Part shown: one piece after another, positions 38,409-48,925 of the stretch
Layout of the letters: each line of letters starts with the position of its first letter
Position numbering within the stretch: the stretch's first letter is position 1
Assembly: GCA_934702375.1 (NCBI GenBank)
Contig: CAKUYE010000002.1
Location: forward strand, 16,188-80,187
Length of the DNA stretch: 64,000 nucleotides
From: an uncultured Bacillota bacterium
Lineage (GTDB): Bacteria; Bacillota; Dehalobacteriia; UBA7702
Reading direction: 5' to 3'
Translations under genes and position numbers: made by a program
Notes under the pieces: model-generated
Seen by the model: only the letters and a program-made list of their open reading frames with translations
Database searches by the model: none
What the model was told of the DNA's origin: nothing

Positions 38409-39761
38409 TTACAGCATGAAGGTGCCGGATTCGTTGTCTTTTACGATGAAGATATCTTCTTCTCTGCCGTTTTCGGCGTTGATGTAAAGAAGGTATTCGG
38501 TATCATCCTTTTGGAAACGGAATTCATAGCAGAGGACTTCGCTGCCGTTGTTTTTTTGGATGATGGCCTTTTGAACGGCTTCCGGGGTCACTCCGGCAGG
38601 GAGGTGAGCCGCGGCGGCATCCTTTGTCAGTGTCAGCATGGGCATAGTGCGGTCCTTATGGAATTCCAGATAGTTTTTAGCGTCCAGACCTGCAATTTTA
38701 CCGGTGGCAAGGTCAACAGAAACCTTAATCATATCGGGATAAACGACGGTATCGCCGAGGTGGGCCATGAAATTGATGGTGATGATATTATCCTCGGTGA
38801 TGTGATATCCCGGCTGCATATCGTTGTATCCTGCCAAAGCCAGAAAGTCTGTGGCGGTGGTCAGGGCTTCCTCGGTGCCGATGGCTGCTTTTCCCGGCTC
38901 TTTATTGGCGGTGTACTGCACCGGGTAGCCGCCATGCACGCTGATGTCCAGGTAGCCGATGGCATGATCCTCGTTTTCATTTTCCTTTACGGCGACGGTA
39001 TACACGGCAAATCCCGCAGCTTTGGAGCTTTTTCCGTAGGCTTCGTAGCTTAGTTCCGTACCGAAAAGGGCCTTTGCTTTTTCTTTGGCGGTGTTCCAGT
39101 CGATGAGCTCGCCGCTTAAAGTCACTTGGCCTTTATTTTCCAAATGGTCGGAATAAGGGCCGTCGTAGATGAGGGAAGGGGTTTTGGAAACATTTTGGTT
39201 AATGTTGGTTAAAGAGCTGTAAGCGGTGCCTGCATTTTCCCCGTCGCTTTTCTTCAGGCTTTTGCCTGCGGCCTGAATCGCTTTATAGGAAAAAATATTT
39301 TCTTTGGAGTTCTCCATTTTATGCAGGGCTTCTGCCACTTGGTTTAAGGAGCCGTTCAGGCTTTGCAATGTTTCGGCTTCTTCCGGAGTCAGGGCTTCGT
39401 TTCGGGCAGCTTTGGCTACCAGCGAAGCGGAAAAATCGCCCACTTGATTTAAAAAGCTTTCCGTTCGGGAGAGGGTGCCGTTATAAACCGGCAGCATAGC
39501 CAGATTTTCCTGGGCTACATAGGCCTTGGAGCTGATTTTGGCGTAAAGGTCAGCTCGGCGGTCGCTGTCGCTGACCACAAGAGCTTTGCCGGTAAGGACG
39601 GTTAACTCATCGGTGGCATCCACCAGCTCGTAAAAGGCTCGGGAAGCATCGTTTTCGATGCGGGTCGCTGCGGTATCGGTTTTGTTTGTTTCGTAAAATC
39701 CCCAGCCAAAGCCGATTACCGCCAAAAGGGCGAGAGCGGCGATCACAAGATTTTTTTTCAT
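38409..39761 (-). CDS. ypeB: Germination protein YpeB (PepSY-domain, membrane-anchored)
   Basis: N-terminal TM segment and C-terminal PepSY repeats. Immediately downstream of sleB in the classic sleB-ypeB arrangement. AAAGGAG RBS. Confidence 0.8.
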   Translation of the reverse strand: MKKNLVIAALALLAVIGFGWGFYETNKTDTAATRIENDASRAFYELVDATDELTVLTGKALVVSDSDRRADLYAKISSKAYVAQENLAMLPVYNGTLSRTESFLNQVGDFSASLVAKAARNEALTPEEAETLQSLNGSLNQVAEALHKMENSKENIFSYKAIQAAGKSLKKSDGENAGTAYSSLTNINQNVSKTPSLIYDGPYSDHLENKGQVTLSGELIDWNTAKEKAKALFGTELSYEAYGKSSKAAGFAVYTVAVKENENEDHAIGYLDISVHGGYPVQYTANKEPGKAAIGTEEALTTATDFLALAGYNDMQPGYHITEDNIITINFMAHLGDTVVYPDMIKVSVDLATGKIAGLDAKNYLEFHKDRTMPMLTLTKDAAAAHLPAGVTPEAVQKAIIQKNNGSEVLCYEFRFQKDDTEYLLYINAENGREEDIFIVKDNESGTFML

Positions 39762-39776
39762 AACACTGCTCCTTTC

Positions 39777-40240
39777 TTAGCGGGCAAAAACGTGGTTGCC
39801 GTATTGCACCGTGATGGTTCTTGTCCACATCCACTTATTTACGGGCTTATAGGGGTTCCAGAAGTACAGAGCACCGTAGGTGGGGTCCCAGCCGTTTAGG
39901 GCATCCTGGGCGGCTTTGATGGATTCCTGACCGGCTTCGGTGGTCATGCGTCCGTTACTCACCGACTCCAGAGCGCTGCTCTGATAGATTACACCGCTTA
40001 AAGTATTGGGAAATTCCGAATGGTTAACCCGATTGAGGAGTACCGCACCTACGGCAACTTTGCCGGTGTAGGGTTCACCTTCGGCTTCGGCATGGATGGC
40101 CCGGGCCAAAAGCATGGTTTGTTCATCGTAAGAGGAAGCCGCCGCTGCGGAAGCAGGGGTTTGATCCTCAACGTAAAGCCAGGTAACGGCTGCTGCAAAG
40201 AGAAGTAAAAACAGGATTGATTTGGTGTATTTTGCCATGA
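39777..40240 (-). CDS. sleB: Spore cortex-lytic enzyme SleB/CwlJ-family cell wall hydrolase
   Basis: Signal-peptide-like N-terminus, then a Hydrolase_2 domain (LLARAIHAEAEGEPYTGKVAVGAVLLNRV...YFWNP). Start at MAKYTK, with GGAGG 5 nt upstream. Confidence 0.8.
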
Positions 40241-40307
40241 TAACCTCCGATTTCATTGGTGTAGCTATATTTTTTTCCAGAAAATGAAAAATATACGTAA
40301 AAAGGGG

Positions 40308-40336
40308 TTGAAATCTCATTTCATCTGTGGTATTAT
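40308..40336 (+). promoter_or_regulatory. Putative sigmaA promoter for tRNA-Cys (TTGAAA-N17-TATTAT)
   Basis: -35 at 40308-40313, -10 at 40331-40336, about 15 nt upstream of the tRNA 5' end. Confidence 0.55.
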
Positions 40337-40350
40337 ATATATCGTGGCGC

Positions 40351-40425
40351 GGCGCCATAGCCAAGTGGGAAGGCAGAGGACTGCAAATCCTTTATTCATC
40401 AGTTCGAATCTGATTGGCGCCTCCA
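40351..40425 (+). tRNA. tRNA-Cys (GCA anticodon), CCA encoded
   Basis: GGCGCCA acceptor stem pairs with TGGCGCC. Anticodon loop CTGCAAA. T-arm GGTTCGAATC-like (AGTTCGAATCTGA). 3'-CCA present. Confidence 0.85.
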
Positions 40426-40433
40426 AACAAAAA

Positions 40434-40466
40434 GCCTGCTAGAGATGACTCCGGCAGGCTTTTTTG
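40434..40466 (+). terminator. Rho-independent terminator after tRNA-Cys
   Basis: AAAGCCTGC-N12-GCAGGCTTTTTTG. Confidence 0.7.
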
Positions 40467-40612
40467 TTGCATTTTTTGAGGTTTGAATCTTGAGAATATG
40501 CCGTTTTTTGGCGATATTTGACGACTATGGTGAGATAAATTTGAGATAAAAATTAGATGCTATTTTTTCTGATTACTCTGTGATATCCATTTTTTAAAAG
40601 GGGAACGATAAA

Positions 40613-40807
40613 ATGTCTATCAAAGAATTGCGAAAATTGACAGGGATGACGCAAAAGGCCTTTGGCGAATATTTTAATATTCCGCACCGCACCATTCAAA
40701 ATTGGGAGGGTGGTCAAAATGAGTGTCCCGCCTACCTTTTAGAGCTGATTGCCTATAAATTAGAGAACGAAAATCTTATAACAAAAGAAAATATTGCTGC
40801 GAAATGA
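40613..40807 (+). CDS. Small XRE-family HTH regulator (phage-like)
   Basis: 64 aa. LRKLTGMTQKAFGEYFNIPHRTIQNWEGG HTH. Confidence 0.65.
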   Translation: MSIKELRKLTGMTQKAFGEYFNIPHRTIQNWEGGQNECPAYLLELIAYKLENENLITKENIAAK

Positions 40808-40891
40808 TGCAGCTCCTGAACGAAGGAAACAGTTCCTTCGCCAAGCCTACGATGAAAGTGAAGAGATCAACACGATAAAGGAGTATACGTT

Positions 40892-41026
40892 ATGCGCAGT
40901 TTAACTTATCTTGCTGTTTTCAAGCCTTCTGCCGATGGGTACGGCGTGTTTTTTCCGGATCTCCCCGGATGTATCAGTTTTGGGAAAAATATCTCCGAGA
41001 CAATCTTCCCCAACACCGTAAAATGA
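40892..41026 (+). pseudogene. Truncated HicB-family antitoxin (N-terminal 44 aa only)
   Basis: MRSLTYLAVFKPSADGYGVFFPDLPGCISFGKNISETI matches the HicB N-terminal fold signature (FxPxxDGGYxVxFPDLPGC) but stops after 44 codons. AAAGGAG RBS. No hicA partner. Confidence 0.5.
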
Positions 41027-41040
41027 TAAGGAAAACCGTT

Positions 41041-41077
41041 AAAAGCGCTATCTGACTTGAGGTCAAATCAGATAGCG
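41041..41077. terminator. Strong hairpin, a likely bidirectional terminator between the HicB remnant and guaA
   Basis: AAAGCGCTATCTGA-N9-TCAGATAGCGCTTT perfect 14-bp stem. Confidence 0.55.
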
Positions 41078-41161
41078 CTTTGCTGTAAATAAAGTAATAT
41101 TGCCCTGCGGTTGCCGTTCTTCATAGAAAACGGAGTGTTTTCCGCTTTTTGGGAAATGTGT

Positions 41162-42694
41162 TTATTCCCACTCGATGGTTGCCGGAGGTTTTTGGGTGAT
41201 GTCGTATACTACTCTGTTGATGTGGTTTACTTCGTTGGTGATGCGGTTGGAGATGGTGGCTAAGAGGTCGTGGGGGATATTGGCCCAGTCTGCGGTCATG
41301 AAGTCGTTGGTGGTAACGGCGCGGAGAGCCAGGAGGTAGTCGTAGGTACGTTCATCGCCCATCACGCCGACGCTGCGCATATCGGTGAGGACGGCGAAAT
41401 ACTGGTTGATGTTTTTGGCAATGCCGTTTTGTTCCAACTCTTCCCGGAAGATGGCATCGGCATCTTTTAAGATCTCCAGCTTTTCATCGGTGATTTCGCC
41501 GATGATGCGAACGGCCAGGCCGGGGCCGGGGAAGGGTTGACGGAAAACGAGGAACCGGGGGATCCCCAGCTCGATGCCGAGGGCGCGCACTTCGTCCTTA
41601 AAAAGGTTGCGAAGAGGCTCTACAATGGCTTTGAAATCCATTACATCGGGAAGGCCGCCCACATTGTGGTGGCTCTTGATGACCTGAGCCGTTTGGCTGC
41701 CGCTTTCGATGACATCGGGATAAATGGTTCCCTGAATCAAAATATCGCAATGACCGAGTTTCTTGGCTTCATCTTCAAAAACCTTGATGAATTCTGCGCC
41801 GATGATCTTGCGCTTTGTTTCCGGATCGCTGACACCGGCCAGCTTGGAAAGGAAGCGGTCTTTGCAGTTGACGCGGATCAGATTGATATCAAACTGATCC
41901 CGGAATACTTTTTCTACCTGGTCGCCTTCGTTTTTCCGCAACAGGCCGTGATCCAGGAAAATGCAGGTAAGATCCTGACCGATGGCCTTGTGAGCCAAAA
42001 TGGCCGCCACAGAGGAATCTACACCGCCGGAAAGGGCGCAGAGGACCTTTTGTCCTTTGAGCTGTTCTCTAAGGGCGGCGATGCTTTCTTTGGCGAAGGA
42101 TTCCATTTTCCAATCGCCGGAGCAGTGGCAGATATCGTAGAGGAAGTGGCGGAGCATATCGGTGCCGAAGGGAGTATGCTCCACTTCGGGATGGAACTGC
42201 ACGCCGTAGAATTTCTTTTCTTCATTGGCAATGGCTGCGTTGGGGCAGGTTTCGGTATGGGCAACGGAAACAAAGCCCTTTGGCAATGTGCCTACCTGGT
42301 TTGTGTGGCTCATCCAGCAGCTATGGGTGCCGGTAAAGCCTTTAAAAATGGGGCAGGCTTCCAAGGTGATATCCTGGGCGCCGTATTCTCGCTTTTCTGC
42401 CCGAACGATGGTGCCGCCTAAAACATGGCTCATGCTTTGCAGGCCATAGCAAATACCAAGGACAGGGATGCCCAATTCAAAAATTTCTTTGTTGGGAAGG
42501 GGGGCGCCTTCTTCATAGGCATTGTAGGGGCCGCCGGTAAGAATAATGCCCTTGGGCTCCAATGCTTTGATCCGATCCATATCGGCATTGAAGGGGAGTA
42601 ATTCACTGTACACACCGGCTTCACGAACGCGGCGAGCAATGAGCTGATTGTATTGTGCTCCAAAATCAAGGAGTACGACGGTTTCATTTTTCAT
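41162..42694 (-). CDS. guaA: GMP synthase (glutamine-hydrolysing)
   Basis: Class-I amidotransferase plus ATP-pyrophosphatase (SGGVDSSV) domains. Ends with the canonical ...EWE. Start ambiguous between MVNTM and MKNE. Confidence 0.95.
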   Translation of the reverse strand: MKNETVVLLDFGAQYNQLIARRVREAGVYSELLPFNADMDRIKALEPKGIILTGGPYNAYEEGAPLPNKEIFELGIPVLGICYGLQSMSHVLGGTIVRAEKREYGAQDITLEACPIFKGFTGTHSCWMSHTNQVGTLPKGFVSVAHTETCPNAAIANEEKKFYGVQFHPEVEHTPFGTDMLRHFLYDICHCSGDWKMESFAKESIAALREQLKGQKVLCALSGGVDSSVAAILAHKAIGQDLTCIFLDHGLLRKNEGDQVEKVFRDQFDINLIRVNCKDRFLSKLAGVSDPETKRKIIGAEFIKVFEDEAKKLGHCDILIQGTIYPDVIESGSQTAQVIKSHHNVGGLPDVMDFKAIVEPLRNLFKDEVRALGIELGIPRFLVFRQPFPGPGLAVRIIGEITDEKLEILKDADAIFREELEQNGIAKNINQYFAVLTDMRSVGVMGDERTYDYLLALRAVTTNDFMTADWANIPHDLLATISNRITNEVNHINRVVYDITQKPPATIEWE

Positions 42695-42994
42695 AGTATT
42701 CACCATATCTTATTTATTCTATCAGGAAATAGTTTATCTTAATATTCTAATACTTTTCATTTTGATATGCAATAGCAGATTTTTTATCTAATCGTTTTAG
42801 GGTGTCATAGGTTGAATATTTTGTTTGTTTTCGAGGTGTTTTGATGTCGTTTAACAAAATGCCTGCTAGAAATATTTGTTTGGGGAGGCAATAATTGTTG
42901 ACAAATTTTGTATTGCACTAGTCAACGAAAAGTAGACACAAGATTCAAAAAGTAGACACTCCAAAGGGGAAAAATACCCCCAGGGAAGAGAGTG

Positions 42995-43207
42995 TTAGGA
43001 AGCGTAGAGTTGCTTGAACTGACATGGTGTTAAATAACCAAGAGAGTAAGCGGGGCGTTCTTCATTGAAGAACTTAATGTAATTGTCCACTTCAGTCTGA
43101 ATATCTAGTGCGCCTGTTATGTGAAAGTCGTTAAATAACTCGGATTTAATCCAGCCATTGATAGACTCCATAGCAGCGTTATCGGTGGGAGTACCGGCGC
43201 GCGACAT
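42995..43207 (-). mobile_element. IS3-family transposase (OrfB) C-terminal fragment, a remnant
   Basis: RAGTPTDNAAMESINGWIKSELF...ERPAYSLGYLTPCQFKQL is the integrase-core C-terminus. Only about 70 codons, no upstream catalytic region, and no inverted repeats found. Confidence 0.7.
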
Positions 43208-43209
43208 AG

Positions 43210-43989
43210 AACGCTCGAAGTGATAGTTTCCTTATATGTTTCCAGTCCTTCAAGAGCAGAGACTCTTGCATCTTCTTGTTTTTGTTTGTAATGACTATAG
43301 ATGGCAGACCCAATTGTTGCTACTGTAGATACCGCCATAATAGCAAGGTTAGCTTTACCCAATGCCGTACTCAATCCAAGAGCTTCAGAGGCTGTAGATC
43401 TCATAGCTTTGCCATAAGCTTTTATAGGGTTAAGTTGTTTTCCTTTTTTATTTTTACTTTCTCTGTATAAGCCATAATAGATTCCAAAATTTTCGGACAT
43501 TTCACTAAACTTAGAACTTGTGGCTCTTGTACTATCTGCCATTTTGCTCAAAAAGTTCATTGAAGAATTTCTTTTAAACAAAGTAAAGGCAGCAATAGTT
43601 GCCATTAAAACACCTTTAAATCCACCTAAAGTCGTAGTTAATTTTTCAATCCCTTGTGTTCCTTTTGTTCCCCAGTCAACAAGTCCTTTAAGAAAGTCTC
43701 CGTTAATAACGGTAGAAGATAAGCTTTCAAATGCAGCTTTTAGCTGCGTGATTTTAGCCTCTAAACTATCCATCCGTGTTTCTTGTTCTTTCATTGCAGA
43801 ACCTTCGGAGTTTAAGGATGTATTGAGAATTTCTTCTGCCTGAGACATTGATGTCAAAAGGGCGGTAATAGAGTTACCTCGCTGTTTACCTGCGATAAGT
43901 TCAATTAAGGCAGCTTGGTCAATGTTCGACATATCTTTCCACACTTTACTGATACCAAGCATCATCTCATAAGTGCTTTTTTGATTCAA
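43210..43989 (-). pseudogene. Phage tail tape-measure protein N-terminal fragment (truncated at the IS remnant)
   Basis: MMLGISKVWKDMSNIDQAALIELIAGKQRGNSITALL... with a TMP-like coiled region. The reading frame runs into the IS fragment out of frame. AT-rich. Confidence 0.5.
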
Positions 43990-44038
43990 TTTTGTTATTC
44001 TTCATATAAGAAAAGACAGGCTAAATACCTGTCTTAAC

Positions 44039-44674
44039 TCATTCTATAATTTTTACTTTTTCTGGACTATAACGAATATCATAGAAACTAATATCCCAAA
44101 AATCAGGATCAGGTGGTGATACGGTTATGTACAAATTACCTGTTTCCCAAAGCATATCTTTAGATCCATATAAAACACCAGATTCTTTATGATGTTCGCC
44201 AAAAGCATCAACTATTGCATCATAATAGTAATCATACGCATATTTATCATGAGAACAAATCCTTACGTCAATTAATGTATCGTCTGAAAAGGAATAATTC
44301 CTATTGACATCAGCTAGAGATACATCTCCAACGGAAGAATCAATCTTTACATGAAAATATAAATCTTTAGTATAAGCATTTTCCCCTGTTTTTTTGTATT
44401 TGTATTTTTTTTCAACGGTATCATCAATATCGTGTTCTATTATATGCAATGGATTGCAGTTATCGAGTTCAATACCATTCACATCATCATACGACATTCC
44501 AATCTCAACGCCGTTCAACCCAGGAATTTCTTTTGTGTCCCAGTTTGAACCTTGCTCGATATTTTTATTTGTAGTAAAAAACATATAATTGATGTTTTCT
44601 ATGCCAAAAAGTATACCGACACCCAGAATAAGAATCATACAAAATAAAAGTGTTTTCCTAATAGGTTCCGTCAT
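44039..44674 (-). CDS. Hypothetical membrane-anchored protein (AT-rich island)
   Basis: N-terminal TM segment (LLFCMILILGVGILFGI), Asp/Tyr-rich ectodomain. No known domain. Confidence 0.45.
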   Translation of the reverse strand: MTEPIRKTLLFCMILILGVGILFGIENINYMFFTTNKNIEQGSNWDTKEIPGLNGVEIGMSYDDVNGIELDNCNPLHIIEHDIDDTVEKKYKYKKTGENAYTKDLYFHVKIDSSVGDVSLADVNRNYSFSDDTLIDVRICSHDKYAYDYYYDAIVDAFGEHHKESGVLYGSKDMLWETGNLYITVSPPDPDFWDISFYDIRYSPEKVKIIE

Positions 44675-45112
44675 TCCTCCACCTCGCAATCTATTTACTG
44701 CTATGAGTATACCATATTTTGCCAGTGAAGTCAAGAATAATTTGATCTAAATTCAATAATTTGCTTGTTTTTCTTATATGAAAAAGACAGGTCATTTCTG
44801 CCTGCCTCTGCAATTTCGTTGTTAAGTTATATTTGCAGTTCAGACTATACCTTTCGCTGTGAAATTCTAAACACAGCTTATCTGCATATGTCACGCAATT
44901 ACTTACGCAACTGTAGTCGTTAAGGGATTCTCAAATACTAAATTGTATGAATGGTTTTTGAATTTTTTACCGTGTATTTGAGCCTTACCCTCGGTATTGT
45001 CCTCTTCAGGATGTCCACCGATTTGAGCAGATTTAGCGAGAACCATTTCATAATCCTCGTTCAACATGATATCGAAACCGCCATTTCCATCCACGTTGGT
45101 TAGTGCCTTAAT

Positions 45113-45850
45113 TTGTTCTCTAAGGAAGATTTTTATCAGGTACAAGAGTTACTTAAAACACGGAGAAGATCTTGTAAAGATAAAACGGTTAATATATTTT
45201 CCGGATTAGTAAAATGCGCCGATTGCGGAAAGAATATGAACTTAAAAAAGTCTAAAAAAACATATCCAGTGTTTATGTGTGGCGGATCTTTAATCGCAGG
45301 AAAAAAAGAATGTACTTATCACTACACTAGATACGAAGATGTGTATAATTTGGTTCTTAATTCTTTAAATACCTTAATTGAAGGAGTGCAACTAAATAAA
45401 GATAATATTTTAAAGCAAATTATCAGCAGGAACGAAAAAAGTCAGGATAGTAAAATAAAAGAATCAAAAAAACGCTTGCAAGAAATCAATATCAGGCAAG
45501 CGGAAATACAAAAGGTATTTGCAAAACTCTACGAAGATTTAGCCCTTGAAAAAATCCAAGAGGACGTATATATAGGGTTGCAAAACAAATTCTCTAAAGA
45601 GCAAGCTGAACTTAAAAAAGAAGCTAGTGGATTAGAATTGTTTTTACAAGACAACAAGGATGATTCTGATGAAACAAGAGAATGGTTTGACTATATTTCT
45701 TCTTACGAGAAAATAGAAGAGCTTACGCCTAAAATTCTTAGAACTTTTATTGATCGGATTGAAATTCACGAGGCTACTGGCAAAAGAAAAGATCGTGAAC
45801 AGCAAATAGATATTTACTATAAAGTCATTGGCAAAGCTTCAGTACTTTAA
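45113..45850 (+). pseudogene. Large serine recombinase C-terminal fragment (zinc-ribbon plus coiled-coil), N-terminal catalytic domain missing
   Basis: LVKCADCGKNMNLKKSKKTYPVFMCGG recombinase zinc-beta-ribbon, coiled-coil, and terminal DRIEIHE...IDIYYKVIG typical of serine recombinases. No resolvase domain upstream. Confidence 0.65.
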
Positions 45851-48544
45851 GTAACACCATCCCAAGGGGATGTAACGAAAACCAAGGACTTCCCGGTAAC
45901 GGTCTATGCTCAGACCAATGATTCCTTGAAGGAAGGTTACTATCTCACCCAGAGCAAATACCTCAAGAACAGAGCCATCAATGGCTATTGGGCCATTTAC
46001 GCAGCCTATGCTGCTCTCGGTGATTACATTGCCGATCCTGCCAATGGCTATACCTTTATCTTGAGTTCTCCCCAGGCCAACTGGTATGGCGTTCAGTACG
46101 GTGCCACCGTTATGGGCATCTGCGCCATGGGTGGAAATCCCTACAACTACAACGGCGAAAACTGGGTACAGAAACTGTACGATAACTATGGCGGCCCCTA
46201 TGCCGGCGGTCTCTACTCCGCTCTTGGCATGGAAGCAGCCGGTGCCAACAGCACCATGTATACCCCGAAAGGTGATTATCAGGTCAACCAGCTCTCGGAA
46301 TCGAGCATGGCCATGGGTATCGATATCGCCGGTTGGGCTGCCGTTCTGGTTGCAAAACATCATGACTTCCCCGGTTATGAAGAAAGCAATACCGCCGCAT
46401 TGAAAGCATGGCTCAACTATTTGAGAGGGTTAGGCATTGATTCCGATGGTAACTTCGTTGGTTGCAACGATATCTCTACCGGTTGTGCTGTTACCGCTTT
46501 TGCTGCCCTTTACAGCATCGGCATCACTGATGCGGATCCTGCCCTTGATACCTGGAAGAATGCTGCTACAGGCAAAGGCATTATCGATGCCATCTATGAA
46601 CAGGGTCTTGTTCAGGATAAGATTCCCGGCTACATGACTCAGATGGAAATGGCTATCTGTGATATGTACAATGCTAAGTACAATGGCAGCACCTCCACTT
46701 GGATCAAGTGTGGTGTGACCAAAGCAAAATTAGATGCTCAGGTAGCCAAAGCCAATGCCATCTTAGCCGATGAAACCAAGTATGAAGCTTCTTCCATTAA
46801 GGATATCAAAGCTGCAATGGAAAAGGTTAATGCCATTTCCGAAGAACGCTTGAACAACAAGATTGCCGATTACGGCGAAGAATACTACGCATTGTACGAT
46901 GCCGTACGCTATGCTAAATTAGCAGGCCAGAGCGAAATGGATCAGGCTGCTGCCGATAAAGTAACAGAACAGATCAACGCTTTGAACGATGAAATTACCT
47001 TGGCCGATAAAGACGCCGTAGATGCTGCCAAAGCTGCCTACGATGCTCTTACCAACGACCAGAAAGCTCTCATCGCCGAAGATGTTGTTGCAAAACTCAC
47101 TGCCGCAGTTGATACTATCGCCGGTTTGGAACAGGCCGAAGTTGATAAAGAAGCTGCTGCTAACGTAATCAACGAAATCAACAAGATTAACGAAAATGTA
47201 ACCCTCGATGATCAGTCCGCTGTAGCTGCCGCTCGTGCTGCCTACGATGCCTTGACCAAAGAACAGAAAGCTCTCGTAACCAACCTGGATAAACTGACCA
47301 AAGCCGAAGGCACCATCAAGGAACTCCTTGAAAAGGACAACGGCAAGGTCAAGAACATGACCGATGTAATCGAAGGTCAGTGGTACTATAATGATGTTGC
47401 CTATGCTTTGGATAATAATATCTTCAAAGGTACCTCCGATACGACTTTCAGTCCTAATCAGGCTATGACCCGCGCTATGTTCGTTACTGTCCTCGGCCGC
47501 AACGCCGGTGTGGAAGATTCCAGCGCATCTTATCCCTCTACCTCCGTCTTTGACGATGTGGCAAACGATGCCTACTATGCTTCCCATGTAAAATGGGCGG
47601 TAGAAAACGGTATCACTGTAGGGGTAAGCAAAACGGAATTTGCACCCAATGCTCAGATTAGCCGTCAGGATATGGCAACGATGATGCTCCGCTATGCCAA
47701 AGCCATGGGCATCCGGCTGCCGGAAATGAGCAAAGAACTCTTTGCAGATGATGCAGACATCGCAGTATATGCCAAAGAAGCTGTTTATAAACTGAAAGCT
47801 GTAGAAATTATCAACGGCAAAGATGGGAATGTATTCGATCCCAAAGGCAGCACCACCAGAGCGGAAGTCGCTGCGGTGCTCCACCGTTTCCTCACCTACA
47901 AATACGAAGACTTCGTAAAAGTTGATGATACCGACAGCGTTATTGTTGATATCGAAAAATTCACCCTCGGTCAGGGCTTCATTATGGAACCTGTAGTTGT
48001 GAAATGGGAAGAAGGGGACACCGCCGCCGATGTAACGATCCGTGCTGCCGAACAGGCCGGCATCGAGCTGAAATACGGCGATACCGACATGGGCTTCTAC
48101 CTCTCTGCCATTCGTGATAATGAAACGGCAGCCGCCAATATTCCCCAGTACCTAAAGGATGCCGCCGAAGAAAACGGCTTCACCATTGGAGAACGCGCCA
48201 ATGCCGATTGGCTGAGCCAGTTCGACTATACCTCCGAATCCGGCTGGATGATCTGGGTCAATCATGTAGAAATTGATAAATCCGCCGGTGTATGGCCGGT
48301 AACTCCCGGCACCGTGATGCGTTGGCAGTACACCGTGTGCGGCTACGGCCGTGACCTCGGCTCCGGTAGTTTCGACAAACCCTACGTAACCGTAGGCAAT
48401 AAGGACGCTCTCGTTCATGCCATGGCCGTAGCCAGCAAACACGAAAAAGCCGGCAAAGCCTACGAAAATGCTGTAAAGGTGATGGAAAAGATGGATGCGA
48501 CACAAGCAGAAATCGACGCCGCTACGGAAGCGCTAAACGACTGA
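45851..48544 (+). pseudogene. S-layer-homology (SLH) domain cell-surface protein, apparently 5'-truncated
   Basis: Frame is open from directly after the recombinase-fragment stop (45848-50) with no RBS or ATG. First in-frame start is a TTG at 45926. The protein has coiled-coil internal repeats, three SLH domains (e.g. WYYNDVAYALDNNIFKG) and a C-terminal domain. It may still be expressed from an internal start. Confidence 0.6.
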
Positions 48545-48634
48545 TACTTGGCAAAATCGCCGGCCGCCGACAATGGGCATACCGCATTGTATAGCCCATT
48601 GCCGCTAACCGGCGAGTTTCACCGAGTCTAAGCC
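48545..48634. repeat. Fourth copy of the nested-hairpin repeat element seen at 36010-36335
   Basis: Left arm GGCAAAATCGCCGG, right arm CCGGCGAGTTTCACCGAG. Inner CAATGGGC / GCCCATTG carries compensatory changes relative to the other copies. Ends with GAGTCTAAGCC. Confidence 0.7.
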
Positions 48635-48670
48635 GTTGATCGCTTCCTCTCCCGGAAGCAATCCAATAAA

Positions 48671-48710
48671 AAAGTAGGCAACCCGCCCAGGCTTCTCCTC
48701 GAGGAGAAGG
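48671..48710. repeat. AAAAGTAGNCAAC-N7-GCTTCTCCTCGAGGAGAAG palindromic element (second copy at 9928-9966)
   Basis: The 20-bp perfect palindrome GCTTCTCCTCGAGGAGAAGC occurs at 9947-9966, and 19 of 20 bp at 48691-48709. Both copies are preceded by AAAAGTAG(T/G)CAAC. No T-tract follows. Confidence 0.6.
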
Positions 48711-48784
48711 CATGTGTAGCAGGTACTTTGTTTCGAAAAATACACTAATTAGCATTGCGGAGCAATGCTTCCATAATGCCGACC

Positions 48785-48925
48785 GTAGGGAGGTATTTCA
48801 TGCTGCCGCTAGGCAGTATTTCATGCCCCGAAGGGGTATTTCATGCCGACTATCGGGAGGTATTTCATTTTCTCACCCCGGCCAAAGGCCGGGATTTCAC
48901 CCTTCCGCAGGAAGGTATCACGCTT
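48785..48925 (+). repeat. Iteron-like array of about six direct repeats (GG-N-GTATTTCATGCC) with ~21-bp periodicity
   Basis: GTATTTCATGC(C) at 48793, 48816, 48836 and 48860, degenerate copies at 48893 and 48916. Preceded by the hairpin GCATTGC-gga-GCAATGC (48751-48767). Lies between convergent genes. Confidence 0.55.

Noticed and set aside
45926-45928. TTG at 45926 as the genuine start of the SLH protein
   Set aside because: The frame stays open upstream to the recombinase-fragment stop codon. There is no Shine-Dalgarno sequence, and the encoded N-terminus is not a signal peptide although SLH proteins are secreted.
48688-48710. 20-bp palindrome as an intrinsic terminator
   Set aside because: No T-tract follows either copy on either strand.
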